Shown piece by piece: positions 49,890 to 58,801 of a stretch of 64,000 bases of DNA. Below the pieces are notes generated by a model. It was not told where the DNA came from. It was given only the letters and a program-made list of their open reading frames with translations, and did no database searches. Positions within the stretch are counted from its first letter, which is position 1; each line of letters starts with the position of its first letter. Both the position numbers and the translations under genes were made by a program. The DNA comes from a candidate division WOR-3 bacterium. GTDB lineage: Bacteria; Hydrothermota; Tepidihabitantia; Tepidihabitantales; Tepidihabitantaceae. The DNA lies in assembly GCA_965649225.1 (NCBI GenBank), contig CBFGJX010000003.1, forward strand, positions 64,001 to 128,000, written 5' to 3'.

Positions 49890-50141
49890 AACCCCTCAGT
49901 ATAACTCTGAGCTGACCGGGGTCAATCGGCGTCCGGTTCTGCTGTCATTGTTCTCCGCCCTCCATCGCGGGCATGGTCGTTGCCGGTCAGTGCCGTCGCT
50001 CACACCGTTCGATCCATTCAAACCTGACCCGGCTGCCGGCGGCCGCTTGACACACCTCTGGGCCGAACCCACAATTTTCCCGGGACAAACGCAGGACAAC
50101 GAGTCACTGGCTCGCTCATGCTCTCACCGTAAGGAGGCAAC

Positions 50142-51740
50142 ATGATCGCCAGACTGCTGCTGAACCTGCTGACAACAGGCGGATTGCTGACTACTGATTA
50201 CATCGGCCGGGTGGACACCATCGGCGGCACGGTCTACGACTGGCAGCTGGGCGGACCCCAGTACCGGTTTCTTGTCTGTTCCGAGCCGTACGGGCTGCAC
50301 GCTGCCTGGCTGTATTCCTCAAACCCGAACAACTATCCCGACCGCAACGAGCGTTACAACTTCTATGACTTCGCGACTCGGCGGTGGAACTGGATTGACT
50401 CCAACTTCATGCAGTCGGGCATGGGCGTGTTCGGGGCACGGTCCGGCTTCGGCACTTTGGGCGCCGACCCTGTCTCGGGCGGGGCCGTGCTCTCCACGCA
50501 TCAGGGTATCATTTACCCGGCCGTTGCCCGTGACGTCGCGCCCGGGGCCGGGATATTCGATTACTGCACCGGCCAGCCGCAGCTGGAGGGATACCTGGGG
50601 CCGGTGCTGGCCGTCAGCGGAACAGGCACGCTGCACCTGGCGCTGCTGGACGACTCGACGCGCGACCGGCTCTACTACTCACGCGCCGCCACCTGGTGCA
50701 ACTGGGACCCGCCCGTCGCGCTTCCTCCGCCGCTGCCTGCCCCGATGTTTCCGTGCCACAACATCGCGGCGTCGCGCTACGGCACCAGGGTCGCCGTTAC
50801 TTGGGTATTCTCCGATGAAGCCGGGCCGGTCAACCCGGGGTTCTACCGCGAATCACCCGATGATGGCGTGACTTGGGGCCCGCCCGAGGAACTGCCGATT
50901 CCTAACCCGTACGGGCCGGACACGATCGCTTCGTTTCACATCAGTTCGCTGTATCCGTACTACGACTCGGACAACAACCTTCACATCGTGGCGAGCGTGA
51001 GGCCGATCGTGCGCGATACAGCCTACGTGCTGCCTGCGGCAGTCTACCACTGGTGCTCGGCCAACACCCCACGCTGGAACATCGTGCACCGCACTGATTG
51101 CGACAGCCTCGCTGGCAGTATCGGCTACAACGCGCTGTACGCGACCCGACCGAGCATCGGCCAGGACGGCCGCGGCCGACTGTTCATTGCGTGGGAGCAG
51201 TTCCACCCGCGGAATGTCGAGCCGCGAACCGGCCAGTTGCGCGCCGGCGTTTGGATGGCGGCCTCCACCGATCGGGGACTGACCTGGACCCCCGGCCTCT
51301 GCATTACCGACTCAAACACGGTTTCGCACCGGTTCCCGTCGATGGTCGACGTGGTGATGCCCGGCGATACCGTGGCAGTGCATTACCTGATGGACCTCGA
51401 AGCCGGATTCGTGGTACAGGGCCAGGGCCGGCATACCGAGAACCCGGTTGTGGTGCAGTTCGTGCACGCAGAACTGCTGGGTGTGAAGGCTGACGAACAG
51501 ACTCAGGCGGCCGGAACGAGGCTCGGGCCGACTATCGTTTGCGGAACGCTGCGGACAGAACGGCAGTCCGAAGGCACCCTGCGGCCAGAGCTCGTGAATG
51601 CAACCGGGCGAAGGGTAATGAAACTCAAGGCCGGCGAGAACGACTTGACCCGGCTTGCGCCCGGCGTCTACTTTCTGATGGAATCAGGACCGGTCACCGG
51701 GGCCCGCAAGACGAACCGGAAAATAATCATCGCGCGCTAG
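50142..51740 (+). CDS. Secreted Asp-box/BNR propeller protein with T9SS-like CTD
   Basis: SPDDGVTW and STDRGLTW Asp-boxes; NATGRRV..LAPGVYF tail; AAGGAGG RBS. Confidence 0.75.
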   Translation: MIARLLLNLLTTGGLLTTDYIGRVDTIGGTVYDWQLGGPQYRFLVCSEPYGLHAAWLYSSNPNNYPDRNERYNFYDFATRRWNWIDSNFMQSGMGVFGARSGFGTLGADPVSGGAVLSTHQGIIYPAVARDVAPGAGIFDYCTGQPQLEGYLGPVLAVSGTGTLHLALLDDSTRDRLYYSRAATWCNWDPPVALPPPLPAPMFPCHNIAASRYGTRVAVTWVFSDEAGPVNPGFYRESPDDGVTWGPPEELPIPNPYGPDTIASFHISSLYPYYDSDNNLHIVASVRPIVRDTAYVLPAAVYHWCSANTPRWNIVHRTDCDSLAGSIGYNALYATRPSIGQDGRGRLFIAWEQFHPRNVEPRTGQLRAGVWMAASTDRGLTWTPGLCITDSNTVSHRFPSMVDVVMPGDTVAVHYLMDLEAGFVVQGQGRHTENPVVVQFVHAELLGVKADEQTQAAGTRLGPTIVCGTLRTERQSEGTLRPELVNATGRRVMKLKAGENDLTRLAPGVYFLMESGPVTGARKTNRKIIIAR

Positions 51741-51770
51741 CACGACTGTCACAGCTGCACCTGCCGGCGG

Positions 51771-52373
51771 TCAACCGCCCGATCCAGACTTGCTATGCGA
51801 CGAACGGGCGCGAGAAAACTCACAACCGCAGTAGTGCTGACGGTAGATTCCCATTTCCCGGGAAACAACCACACTCTGCTGTTGTCCGCCCTGCTTTTTC
51901 CAGTCTCCCTCGAGAAAATGCAGACCGTATCGCGCACAGGAGGCCCGCCCGATTGAGTTTATCACCTCGGCTCGCTTGTTGCGGCCAACCGTCAGCGTCG
52001 ATGCCACAACACTGCAGCCATTGGCAATCGCCGCCGCCGCTGCCGACTCGAGTCGCAACCGAAAACAGGTCAGACAACGTGACCCGCCCTCGGGTTCAGC
52101 TTCCTGCCCGGATACGGCAGCCAGAAATCGCCCGTGGTCGTAGGGAGCGACATCCAGCTGCAGATGCCACAACGCACTCAGCTGCTCGGCCGCCAGCAGC
52201 CGCCGGCTGTACTCGTCTTCCGGCCAGATATTGGGATTGTCAAACCAGCCAACGATATCATAGCCATCACGCAGCCGCAGCAGCACCGCAGTCGCACAGG
52301 GGGCACAGCAGATGTGCAGCAGCAGTTTCGGCCGCAGACTGTCGGCGGCAGCTCCGGTGTCAGCTCGAGCCAT
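51771..52373 (-). CDS. queH: Epoxyqueuosine reductase QueH (DUF208)
   Basis: LLHICCAPC, NPNI.P..EY..R, EPEGGSRC..C, YRQHYCGC. Confidence 0.9.
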   Translation of the reverse strand: MARADTGAAADSLRPKLLLHICCAPCATAVLLRLRDGYDIVGWFDNPNIWPEDEYSRRLLAAEQLSALWHLQLDVAPYDHGRFLAAVSGQEAEPEGGSRCLTCFRLRLESAAAAAIANGCSVVASTLTVGRNKRAEVINSIGRASCARYGLHFLEGDWKKQGGQQQSVVVSREMGIYRQHYCGCEFSRARSSHSKSGSGG

Positions 52374-52427
52374 CGGTATCGACATTATCCGCCCCTCACT
52401 GCCGGTCAAGCGGATTGATTCTGTGAA

Positions 52428-53201
52428 TTGACTGCTGTGCTCCAACCGCTAGTCTTGACCGTGCCGCTCGTCCATGACCGAGAAAGACTCCGTGGCTGGC
52501 TCCAGTCGCTGGGCGCCCGCACGGCGTCGGTTCGAAACCTGGTGTTTGGCACTGCCGGCCTGCGCGCACGCTGGGTACGGGTTGACCATCTGGAACGACC
52601 CCGGGCAATCGTCTGCCGTGGCCGCAGATTCTGTCTTTGGGCCCGGGACTCAGCCCACGCCCAAGCCCTGCTGGGTGAAATACCAAACCACTTCCGGCCC
52701 CAGTTCGGCGCCACTCCCACCCGGCTGCTGGCTGCCTGCCGAGCACGTTTTTCTGACCGAAACCAGGCCCGGTTCTGGCATGAACCTTGCTGGCTTTACG
52801 AATTTGCTGGCAAGATACCGGCCCGGCCAGCCGTCAAGGTCGGCGTGCTCCGTCAAGCTGATGCTGCAACCGTTGCCCGGTTCTGGCCCCACGGTCGTCG
52901 GCCCGAATATATTCGCTCTCGTATTGCCGCTTGGCCGTCAGCAGCCATTCGTCGCCAGGGCCAGCTGGTAGCGTGGGGTCTGACTCATGACGACGGCTCG
53001 ATGGGATTTCTCCACGTCCGTGAAGAATGGCGCGGCCTGGGGCTGGCTCGCGCAATCACCACCGCCCTTGTACGCCGCCTGCTGCGCCTGGGCATCCGAC
53101 CTCATCTGTATATCGTGCGCAACAATCTTCCCTCAATTGAGCTGAGCGAAAGCATGGGCTTTCGCCGTGTTGAATCCTATTCCTGGTTTGGTTGGGGCTA
53201 A
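52428..53201 (+). CDS. GNAT acetyltransferase (FR47-like; start uncertain)
   Basis: DDGSMGFLHVREEWRGLGLA, NLPSIELSESMGF. Confidence 0.8.
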   Translation: MTAVLQPLVLTVPLVHDRERLRGWLQSLGARTASVRNLVFGTAGLRARWVRVDHLERPRAIVCRGRRFCLWARDSAHAQALLGEIPNHFRPQFGATPTRLLAACRARFSDRNQARFWHEPCWLYEFAGKIPARPAVKVGVLRQADAATVARFWPHGRRPEYIRSRIAAWPSAAIRRQGQLVAWGLTHDDGSMGFLHVREEWRGLGLARAITTALVRRLLRLGIRPHLYIVRNNLPSIELSESMGFRRVESYSWFGWG

Positions 53202-54397
53202 CGCAATCCTGACGCGGCCAGCTCTCTCAATGCTTTCAGCTCATTGACAATCTGACCCGCCTCGTTGACGCTGGTCGCCAGCAGCAGTACCGCACCTTTG
53301 TGTTCTTTACGCTGTGCCCGGCGCAACGAACCAAGGAAATCCTCGATCTCGTTAGCCGGCGTATCGAGCCAGCCGCCCAGCAGGTCACTGCGAACGACCA
53401 CAATCACCTCGTCCCGCCCCGGAGTCGGCCAGCGGTCAGCCTGTACCGAGACGACGATGGCAGCCTCAGCGGTACCGGACTCGAGACTACCCGGCACATA
53501 GTAGCCGAAACCACGCCGCACCAGACCAAGCACGTCGAGCTCGGTGAGCCTGTCGAGTATCTCCTTCTGTCGTTCGCTCCAGTCGCCGTTCGGAAACGGC
53601 TCACCGCGCTTGATCTGACTGGTGGTGGCTCCACCAAAAGCCGTCGCCGAAACATGCTCCTCCACGAACCGACGCTGCGCCGGTGCCGCCGGCTCCACCG
53701 GCCGGTCGGAAATTTGCCCGGACTTGGGTTGAACCGGTGCCGGCCCCGTCGGCTTGGCTGGCGAGGCAGCGGCCGGTTGCCGAACCGCCAGCAGACGCGG
53801 CCGGACGACCTCGTTGCCACCGAAGCGCCAACAATCCCAGGAGCACAGGCGAACCTCAAGATTCATGTTTACCAGAAAGGCAACCGCCTCTTTGACTATC
53901 GGATCTTCCTTCTCGACGAAAAGAACCACCGGGAACCGCCCGCCGAGCAGAGAGTTTTCGGTGCCCTTTCTGAAAGCATCGGCCGACCAGTCGGGGCCCA
54001 CCCGACGGCTGATCCAGTCAACCAGACTCATGCCGAGGAATCGCTCGAACGGGTCGGCAAGTCGCTCGTACGACTGCCGCCAGAGCCAACCATTGGCCGC
54101 CAGCACCTCGCTGACCAGCGTGTTCATCGGAGTTGCGGCATCAGGGCACGCCACAACCATCACTCCGCCGGTCTCGGTCACCGCCAACAACACATGGCCG
54201 GATTCGGCCTGCGGGGCCGGTGCCGCAGCGCGCGGCAGCGGCTCACCGGCAAGAAACAACCCGAGAAACTCCGGTGCCTCAATGACAAGCCGGACAGTGT
54301 CCAGCTCTCGCGACGCGCCCGAACCCGAAAACTCACGCCAGTTGTCGCCCGAATGAGCCACGCGCAGACAGAATGGTGCGAAACCCTGTTTCATCAC
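53198..54397 (-). CDS. Hypothetical protein with a degenerate PD-(D/E)xK-like domain and an extra C-terminal domain
   Basis: Paralogous to 54394-55488 (LWRQSY..F, FRKGTENSLLGGRF); ATGA coupling. Confidence 0.7.
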   Translation of the reverse strand: MMKQGFAPFCLRVAHSGDNWREFSGSGASRELDTVRLVIEAPEFLGLFLAGEPLPRAAAPAPQAESGHVLLAVTETGGVMVVACPDAATPMNTLVSEVLAANGWLWRQSYERLADPFERFLGMSLVDWISRRVGPDWSADAFRKGTENSLLGGRFPVVLFVEKEDPIVKEAVAFLVNMNLEVRLCSWDCWRFGGNEVVRPRLLAVRQPAAASPAKPTGPAPVQPKSGQISDRPVEPAAPAQRRFVEEHVSATAFGGATTSQIKRGEPFPNGDWSERQKEILDRLTELDVLGLVRRGFGYYVPGSLESGTAEAAIVVSVQADRWPTPGRDEVIVVVRSDLLGGWLDTPANEIEDFLGSLRRAQRKEHKGAVLLLATSVNEAGQIVNELKALRELAASGLR

Positions 54398-55488
54398 CGC
54401 TTGCTGCCGAGACCGCCCCAGCCGGACTTGGGTGGACGCTTGTTGGACATGATTCCCGGCAAAGTGCCGGGCCCGGGACCCTTGCCTTGTTCCGGTGGCG
54501 GTGAAACCGGCCTGGTAGAAAGTGGCGAACGTGTCGCCGACTGTGGACCACTGCCGCCGGCCGGTTCGCTCACCGGCGGCTCATCCAACCCGCCCAGCTT
54601 CGGCCAGTTCCGCTCGATTTTGCCTTCCTTGGCATCGTCGGAACCACCCGGTGCCGACCCGGTTCCAAAGCTTGCCTGACGGGGCTCGGTTGCCAGTGTC
54701 GGTGGACGCTGAGATTGCCAGCCTCCTGCCGGACCCGTGCTGGCTGCGGGCTTGACACCAGCCTCTGTCGGCTGCGGTATTGGCTTCGCCGCCGGTTTTG
54801 GCCGCTCAATCGGCACTGCCCTAGGCTCAGGATGCACAATGACCGGTCGAGCAACAACAACCTCGACTCCGCAGCACTCGTAATGCTCCGGTACCAGGCC
54901 GACTACATCCAGACCCAGCATCGCCAGATGTCCGATTGCCTGCCGGCATTCGTCATTCTCGTCCGGTGCTACCAATCGCACTGCAAAGTGCCCGCGAGCC
55001 AGACTCTGCTCCAGTCCGGACCGGAACTTGTCACCGCTCTTGGCCGCCGGAAGAACAGCTGCGGCAATCTCCCACAAAGGCAAACCGCCGACACTGGCAA
55101 AATGTTTGGTGTACTCTTCAACCGACATCCGCCACAATCTTCCCAGCAGAACCATTGTCTCACGAACAAGTTCAGTCCAGTCTTGGCGCGAACCGTCGCC
55201 GGCGATGGCGACGATAATCACGTTACCGTTCTCGTCAACCGCCGTCCAGAATCCGGCCTGAGCGGCTCTCCCTGACGACAAGGGCGCCAGTGCGACAATC
55301 CGCGGTCCGCTCGGCAGATGGAAATTGAGAAACTGAGGGGTATCACGCAGCAGTGCCGGAAGGTCCAAAACCCCCTCGGCAGGCACCGGCAGCACGACAT
55401 TCCAAGTCCCGGCATCACCGCCGCTCACGCGGAAGGAAAAATGCTCAGCCGGGCCGACGGCTGACTGCGTGTCCGACTCGGATGCCAC
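54394..55488 (-). CDS. Hypothetical protein with a degenerate PD-(D/E)xK-like domain and Pro-rich tail
   Basis: AVDENGNVIIV, LWRMSV..F, FRSGLEQSLARGHF. Confidence 0.7.
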   Translation of the reverse strand: MASESDTQSAVGPAEHFSFRVSGGDAGTWNVVLPVPAEGVLDLPALLRDTPQFLNFHLPSGPRIVALAPLSSGRAAQAGFWTAVDENGNVIIVAIAGDGSRQDWTELVRETMVLLGRLWRMSVEEYTKHFASVGGLPLWEIAAAVLPAAKSGDKFRSGLEQSLARGHFAVRLVAPDENDECRQAIGHLAMLGLDVVGLVPEHYECCGVEVVVARPVIVHPEPRAVPIERPKPAAKPIPQPTEAGVKPAASTGPAGGWQSQRPPTLATEPRQASFGTGSAPGGSDDAKEGKIERNWPKLGGLDEPPVSEPAGGSGPQSATRSPLSTRPVSPPPEQGKGPGPGTLPGIMSNKRPPKSGWGGLGSKR

Positions 55489-55493
55489 GCTAA

Positions 55494-55522
55494 ATTATAG
55501 CGGGCAATCTTGTAACTGTCAA
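55494..55522 (-). promoter_or_regulatory. Perfect-consensus sigma70 promoter, leaderless
   Basis: TTGACA-17-TATAAT-5nt-GTG(55488). Confidence 0.85.
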
Positions 55523-55536
55523 TGTTTCAGAAGCTT

Positions 55537-55564
55537 GGCGGCGGCAGTCGATCCTGCCGCCGCC
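55537..55564 (-). terminator. Hairpin after the por operon
   Basis: GGCGGCGGCAG-6nt-CTGCCGCCGCC. Confidence 0.7.
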
Positions 55565-55580
55565 GGTAGCTTGTTGACTA

Positions 55581-56513
55581 TTAGGCGCTGAAGGCAGCCT
55601 GACGCCGATGCAGCAGCTCCCACTGGCGATCAACCTGTCGCTGCAGTTCTGCTATCACCGCCTTGCCTTCATCGCCCTTGAACAGGTGGCTGAACCGCCC
55701 CTGCGGCCGCAAGAACTCCTCAATCGGTTTCTTCTCTTTGGGCTCGTAGTTAATCCGGTATCCGCCGTTCTCGTACTCGTAGATTGGCCAGAAACAGGTG
55801 TCGGCCGCCAGTTTTGACACCTCAATGGTCTGGCTGCCCGGATGACCCCAGCCCAGTGGACACGGCACCAGCACGTTGAGGAACGCCGGCCCGTCCGCAG
55901 CCAGCGCCTTCTGGACCTTGGTGACGAGGTCGTTCCACAGCGCCACGGTCGTCTGGGCGGCGTAGGCAGCGTTATGGGCGATCATTATCTCGACGATATC
56001 CTTGCGGTGTACGAGCTTCCCCGGCACTACCTTGCCGGCAGGCGAGGTCGTCGTGTGCGCGCCATAGGGCGTGGCCGACGACCGCTGGATACCGGTATTC
56101 ATATAGCCCTCGTTGTCGGTGCAAACGTAAAGAAACTTGTGCCGACGCTCGAATGCGCCCGACAGAGCCTGGAAGCCGATGTCGTAGGTACCACCGTCAC
56201 CACCGAAGGCGATAAACTTGACGTCTTCCGTCATTCGGCCGGTCTTCTTCTTGAACCGATAGGCAGCCTCGACACCCGAAGCGGTGGAAGCCGCTGTCTC
56301 AAACGCAGTGTGGATCATCGGTATCTGCCATGCGCTGTGCGGGTAGATTGACGAGAAAATCTCGGTGCAGCCGGTTGGCATTATTCCCACCACCGGTTGC
56401 GGCGCGGCCAGCAGAACCTGTCTTACCGCCAGTGCTTCGCCACAGCCGGCGCAGGCGCGATGACCGCTCGAAAACAATTCGGGATTCTGACAGAGGTCCT
56501 TGAGTCTTGCCAT
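55581..56513 (-). CDS. porB: Pyruvate/2-oxoacid:ferredoxin oxidoreductase beta subunit
   Basis: GHRACAGCG, TGC.E, GGDGGTYDIG, DNEGYMNTGIQRS, PCPLGW. Confidence 0.93.
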   Translation of the reverse strand: MARLKDLCQNPELFSSGHRACAGCGEALAVRQVLLAAPQPVVGIMPTGCTEIFSSIYPHSAWQIPMIHTAFETAASTASGVEAAYRFKKKTGRMTEDVKFIAFGGDGGTYDIGFQALSGAFERRHKFLYVCTDNEGYMNTGIQRSSATPYGAHTTTSPAGKVVPGKLVHRKDIVEIMIAHNAAYAAQTTVALWNDLVTKVQKALAADGPAFLNVLVPCPLGWGHPGSQTIEVSKLAADTCFWPIYEYENGGYRINYEPKEKKPIEEFLRPQGRFSHLFKGDEGKAVIAELQRQVDRQWELLHRRQAAFSA

Positions 56514-56516
56514 TGC

Positions 56517-57671
56517 CTACCTCACTCCAATGTAGGTCACGAGCTCATCCTTGGTACCGGCCAGTGCGCCTTCGAGAGCTGTTGCCGCATCGACAAGCGA
56601 AAACTCCTTGCCGCCCAGCCCGTAAACATAGGAAAGCACCGCCGGGCGCCGGTCCAGTTCATACAGCGCTGCTCTGGTCTCGGTGTAGAGCGGGCCGCCG
56701 AATGAATTGACGGAGTCGGCACGATCAAGCACGGCCACGGTACGGTAACGAGCCAGCTTCTCCTTCAGCAGCCGGTGTGGCAGCGGACGAAACACGCGTA
56801 ATTTGACCATACCCACTTTCCTGCCTTCGTTGCGCATTGCGTCTACGGCATCGCGCATCGTGCCGCAAGCCGAACCCATCAACAGCACTACCGCTTCGGC
56901 GTCGTCAGTACGGTACTCCTCGATAACACCGTAGCCGCGACCAAACCGCGTCTGAAACGCACGCTGGACCTCTTCGATCACCGGCAGTGCCTTGTTCATC
57001 CCCTCGATCTGCGAGCGCTTGAACTCGAAATAGTAGTCCTGCATAGTTGCCGGGCCGACGAGAATCGGCTTCCTGATGTTGAGCAGGTCCCAGTTTGGCT
57101 GCCAGCGGCCCAGCCAGTCCCTTACCGCCTTGTCTTCCAGCGTTTCCATCCGCTCCATGCAGTGAGACAGGATAAAGCCGTCGACGCAGCACATCGCCGG
57201 CAGCGAGGTCCGCTCGGCAATCTTCACACACTGAATCAGCGTATCGTACCCCTCCTGCACCGACTCGCAGAAGAACTGCAACCAGCCCGAATCACGCGAA
57301 GCCAGCGAATCGGAATGGTCACCGTGGATGTTCAGCGGCGAAGAAAGCGAGCGCGATGCAACCGCCATGACAATCGGCAGCCGCAGCCCGCCGGCGATAA
57401 ACAGCATTTCATGCATCAGCGCGAGCCCTTGGGACGCGGTCGCTGTCATCGTCCGGCAACCCGCCGCCGCCGCACCGATGCACGCCGCCATCGCCGAGTG
57501 TTCGCTCTCGACAGCGACGAACTCGGAGTCCACGATGCCGTCGCTGACGTAGCTGGCAAATATCTGAACGATTTCGGTCGAAGGCGTTATCGGATAGGCA
57601 GCAACGACGTCGGGATTGATCTGCTTCATCGCATAGGCCAGCGCTTCGTTCCCGGTCTTGGCAATAATCAT
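56517..57671 (-). CDS. porA: Pyruvate/2-oxoacid:ferredoxin oxidoreductase alpha subunit
   Basis: AAYPITPST, VESEHSAM, TATASQGL, DGFILSH, YGLGG. Confidence 0.93.
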   Translation of the reverse strand: MIIAKTGNEALAYAMKQINPDVVAAYPITPSTEIVQIFASYVSDGIVDSEFVAVESEHSAMAACIGAAAAGCRTMTATASQGLALMHEMLFIAGGLRLPIVMAVASRSLSSPLNIHGDHSDSLASRDSGWLQFFCESVQEGYDTLIQCVKIAERTSLPAMCCVDGFILSHCMERMETLEDKAVRDWLGRWQPNWDLLNIRKPILVGPATMQDYYFEFKRSQIEGMNKALPVIEEVQRAFQTRFGRGYGVIEEYRTDDAEAVVLLMGSACGTMRDAVDAMRNEGRKVGMVKLRVFRPLPHRLLKEKLARYRTVAVLDRADSVNSFGGPLYTETRAALYELDRRPAVLSYVYGLGGKEFSLVDAATALEGALAGTKDELVTYIGVR

Positions 57672-57958
57672 TTCCGCTCCGTTTCCATCGTTATCGCCTG
57701 CACCTTTTTCGGGCAGACACTGGCGCAGATGCCACAGCCCTTGCAGTAGTCGTAGTTAATGCCCGCTACTTTCCCGTCAACAATCAGAATCGATGCATCC
57801 GGGCAGTATATCCAGCAGGTGTAGCAGTTGATGCACTTTTCCTTGTTCCACACCGGCCGCTGTGATCGCCAGGCCCCGGTTTTGTTTTCCAGTACCGCCT
57901 TGGGATCGTCGATAATCGCCCCGCAGGGCAGTTCCTTCCAGCTCAACAGCCTTGCCAT
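57668..57958 (-). CDS. porD: POR delta subunit (2x[4Fe-4S])
   Basis: KTGAWR, CINCYTCWIYCPD, CKGCGICASVCP. Confidence 0.93.
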   Translation of the reverse strand: MARLLSWKELPCGAIIDDPKAVLENKTGAWRSQRPVWNKEKCINCYTCWIYCPDASILIVDGKVAGINYDYCKGCGICASVCPKKVQAITMETERK

Positions 57959-57959
57959 T

Positions 57960-58571
57960 CTAGCACCTCACCTCTTCGTAGGCCCGACGGATGCTGACAA
58001 GATTAGGCGCGATAAACTTCTCTTTACCACCCCGGAATTTCTCCGCCAGCTTGCCTTCGATCGCCTTCATCATTGACTCGAATTCCAGCACGCCGGTAAC
58101 CTTGACCAATGCTCCCAGCATCGGGGTATTGGGCACGTTCTTGCCCACGGTCTCCATTGCGATTCGCGAAGCATCAACGACATACAATTTGATGTGGTCC
58201 GGAAGTCGCATCCTCGCCCGCAGCACCGCAGGGTCCTCGGTGGAGTTGACAAGCAGAATCCCGCCGTCCTGCAGGCCATCGGTGACCCGCGCCGGCTCGA
58301 TCAGCGAAGCATCAAGCACAACCACAATCCGCGGCGTCTTCACACCGGCATGCGAACGAATCGGTCGGTCAGAGAGCCGGTTGAATGCCTGTACCGGTGC
58401 GCCCATTCGCTCCGGCCCGTACTCTGGGAACGCTTGAATGTACATCCCGGTGTCCAGTGCCGCTTCACCAAACAACAGCGCCGCGGTTTTGGCACCCTGA
58501 CCACCACGACCGTGCCAGCGTATTTCCAGCACCTGGCCGGCGAGGTTGATGCAGACATCTGATACAGCCAT
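57960..58571 (-). CDS. porC: POR gamma subunit
   Basis: EIRWHGRGGQG, FPEYGPERMGAP, PNTPMLGAL. Confidence 0.93.
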   Translation of the reverse strand: MAVSDVCINLAGQVLEIRWHGRGGQGAKTAALLFGEAALDTGMYIQAFPEYGPERMGAPVQAFNRLSDRPIRSHAGVKTPRIVVVLDASLIEPARVTDGLQDGGILLVNSTEDPAVLRARMRLPDHIKLYVVDASRIAMETVGKNVPNTPMLGALVKVTGVLEFESMMKAIEGKLAEKFRGGKEKFIAPNLVSIRRAYEEVRC

Positions 58572-58702
58572 CTTGCCTCCATTTTGAAGCCCGGCCCGGA
58601 TGCAGTCCGCAGCACTGACAGCGAATCAGGACCGCCTGCTGGCTTCCGGCCTGCCGCCCGGTCGGGCATCTTGTTCGAAATTGTCCTTAGCGGCCGACAA
58701 TG

Positions 58703-58721
58703 TTACTCCTGACAGGAGTAA
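58703..58721. promoter_or_regulatory. Perfect palindrome (candidate operator) within the por promoter
   Basis: TTACTCCTG-A-CAGGAGTAA spans the spacer of minus-strand TTGACT-16-TAACAT. Confidence 0.55.
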
Positions 58722-58801
58722 AGTCAACCGCCTGAATCAGACTCTGGAAAGGAAAATTGGCTGTCGGTTGACCGTACCGGCAGGCGAAACTATGATTTGC
58801 C

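Noticed and set aside
47477..49891. 804-aa plus-strand ORF
   Set aside because: Antisense shadow of the ATPase operon; no motifs and low-complexity composition typical of high-GC DNA
53300..54679. 459-aa plus-strand ORF, and similar long antisense ORFs (8511-9728, 38360-39505, 39828-41042)
   Set aside because: Each lies opposite a better-supported gene and has no recognisable domain
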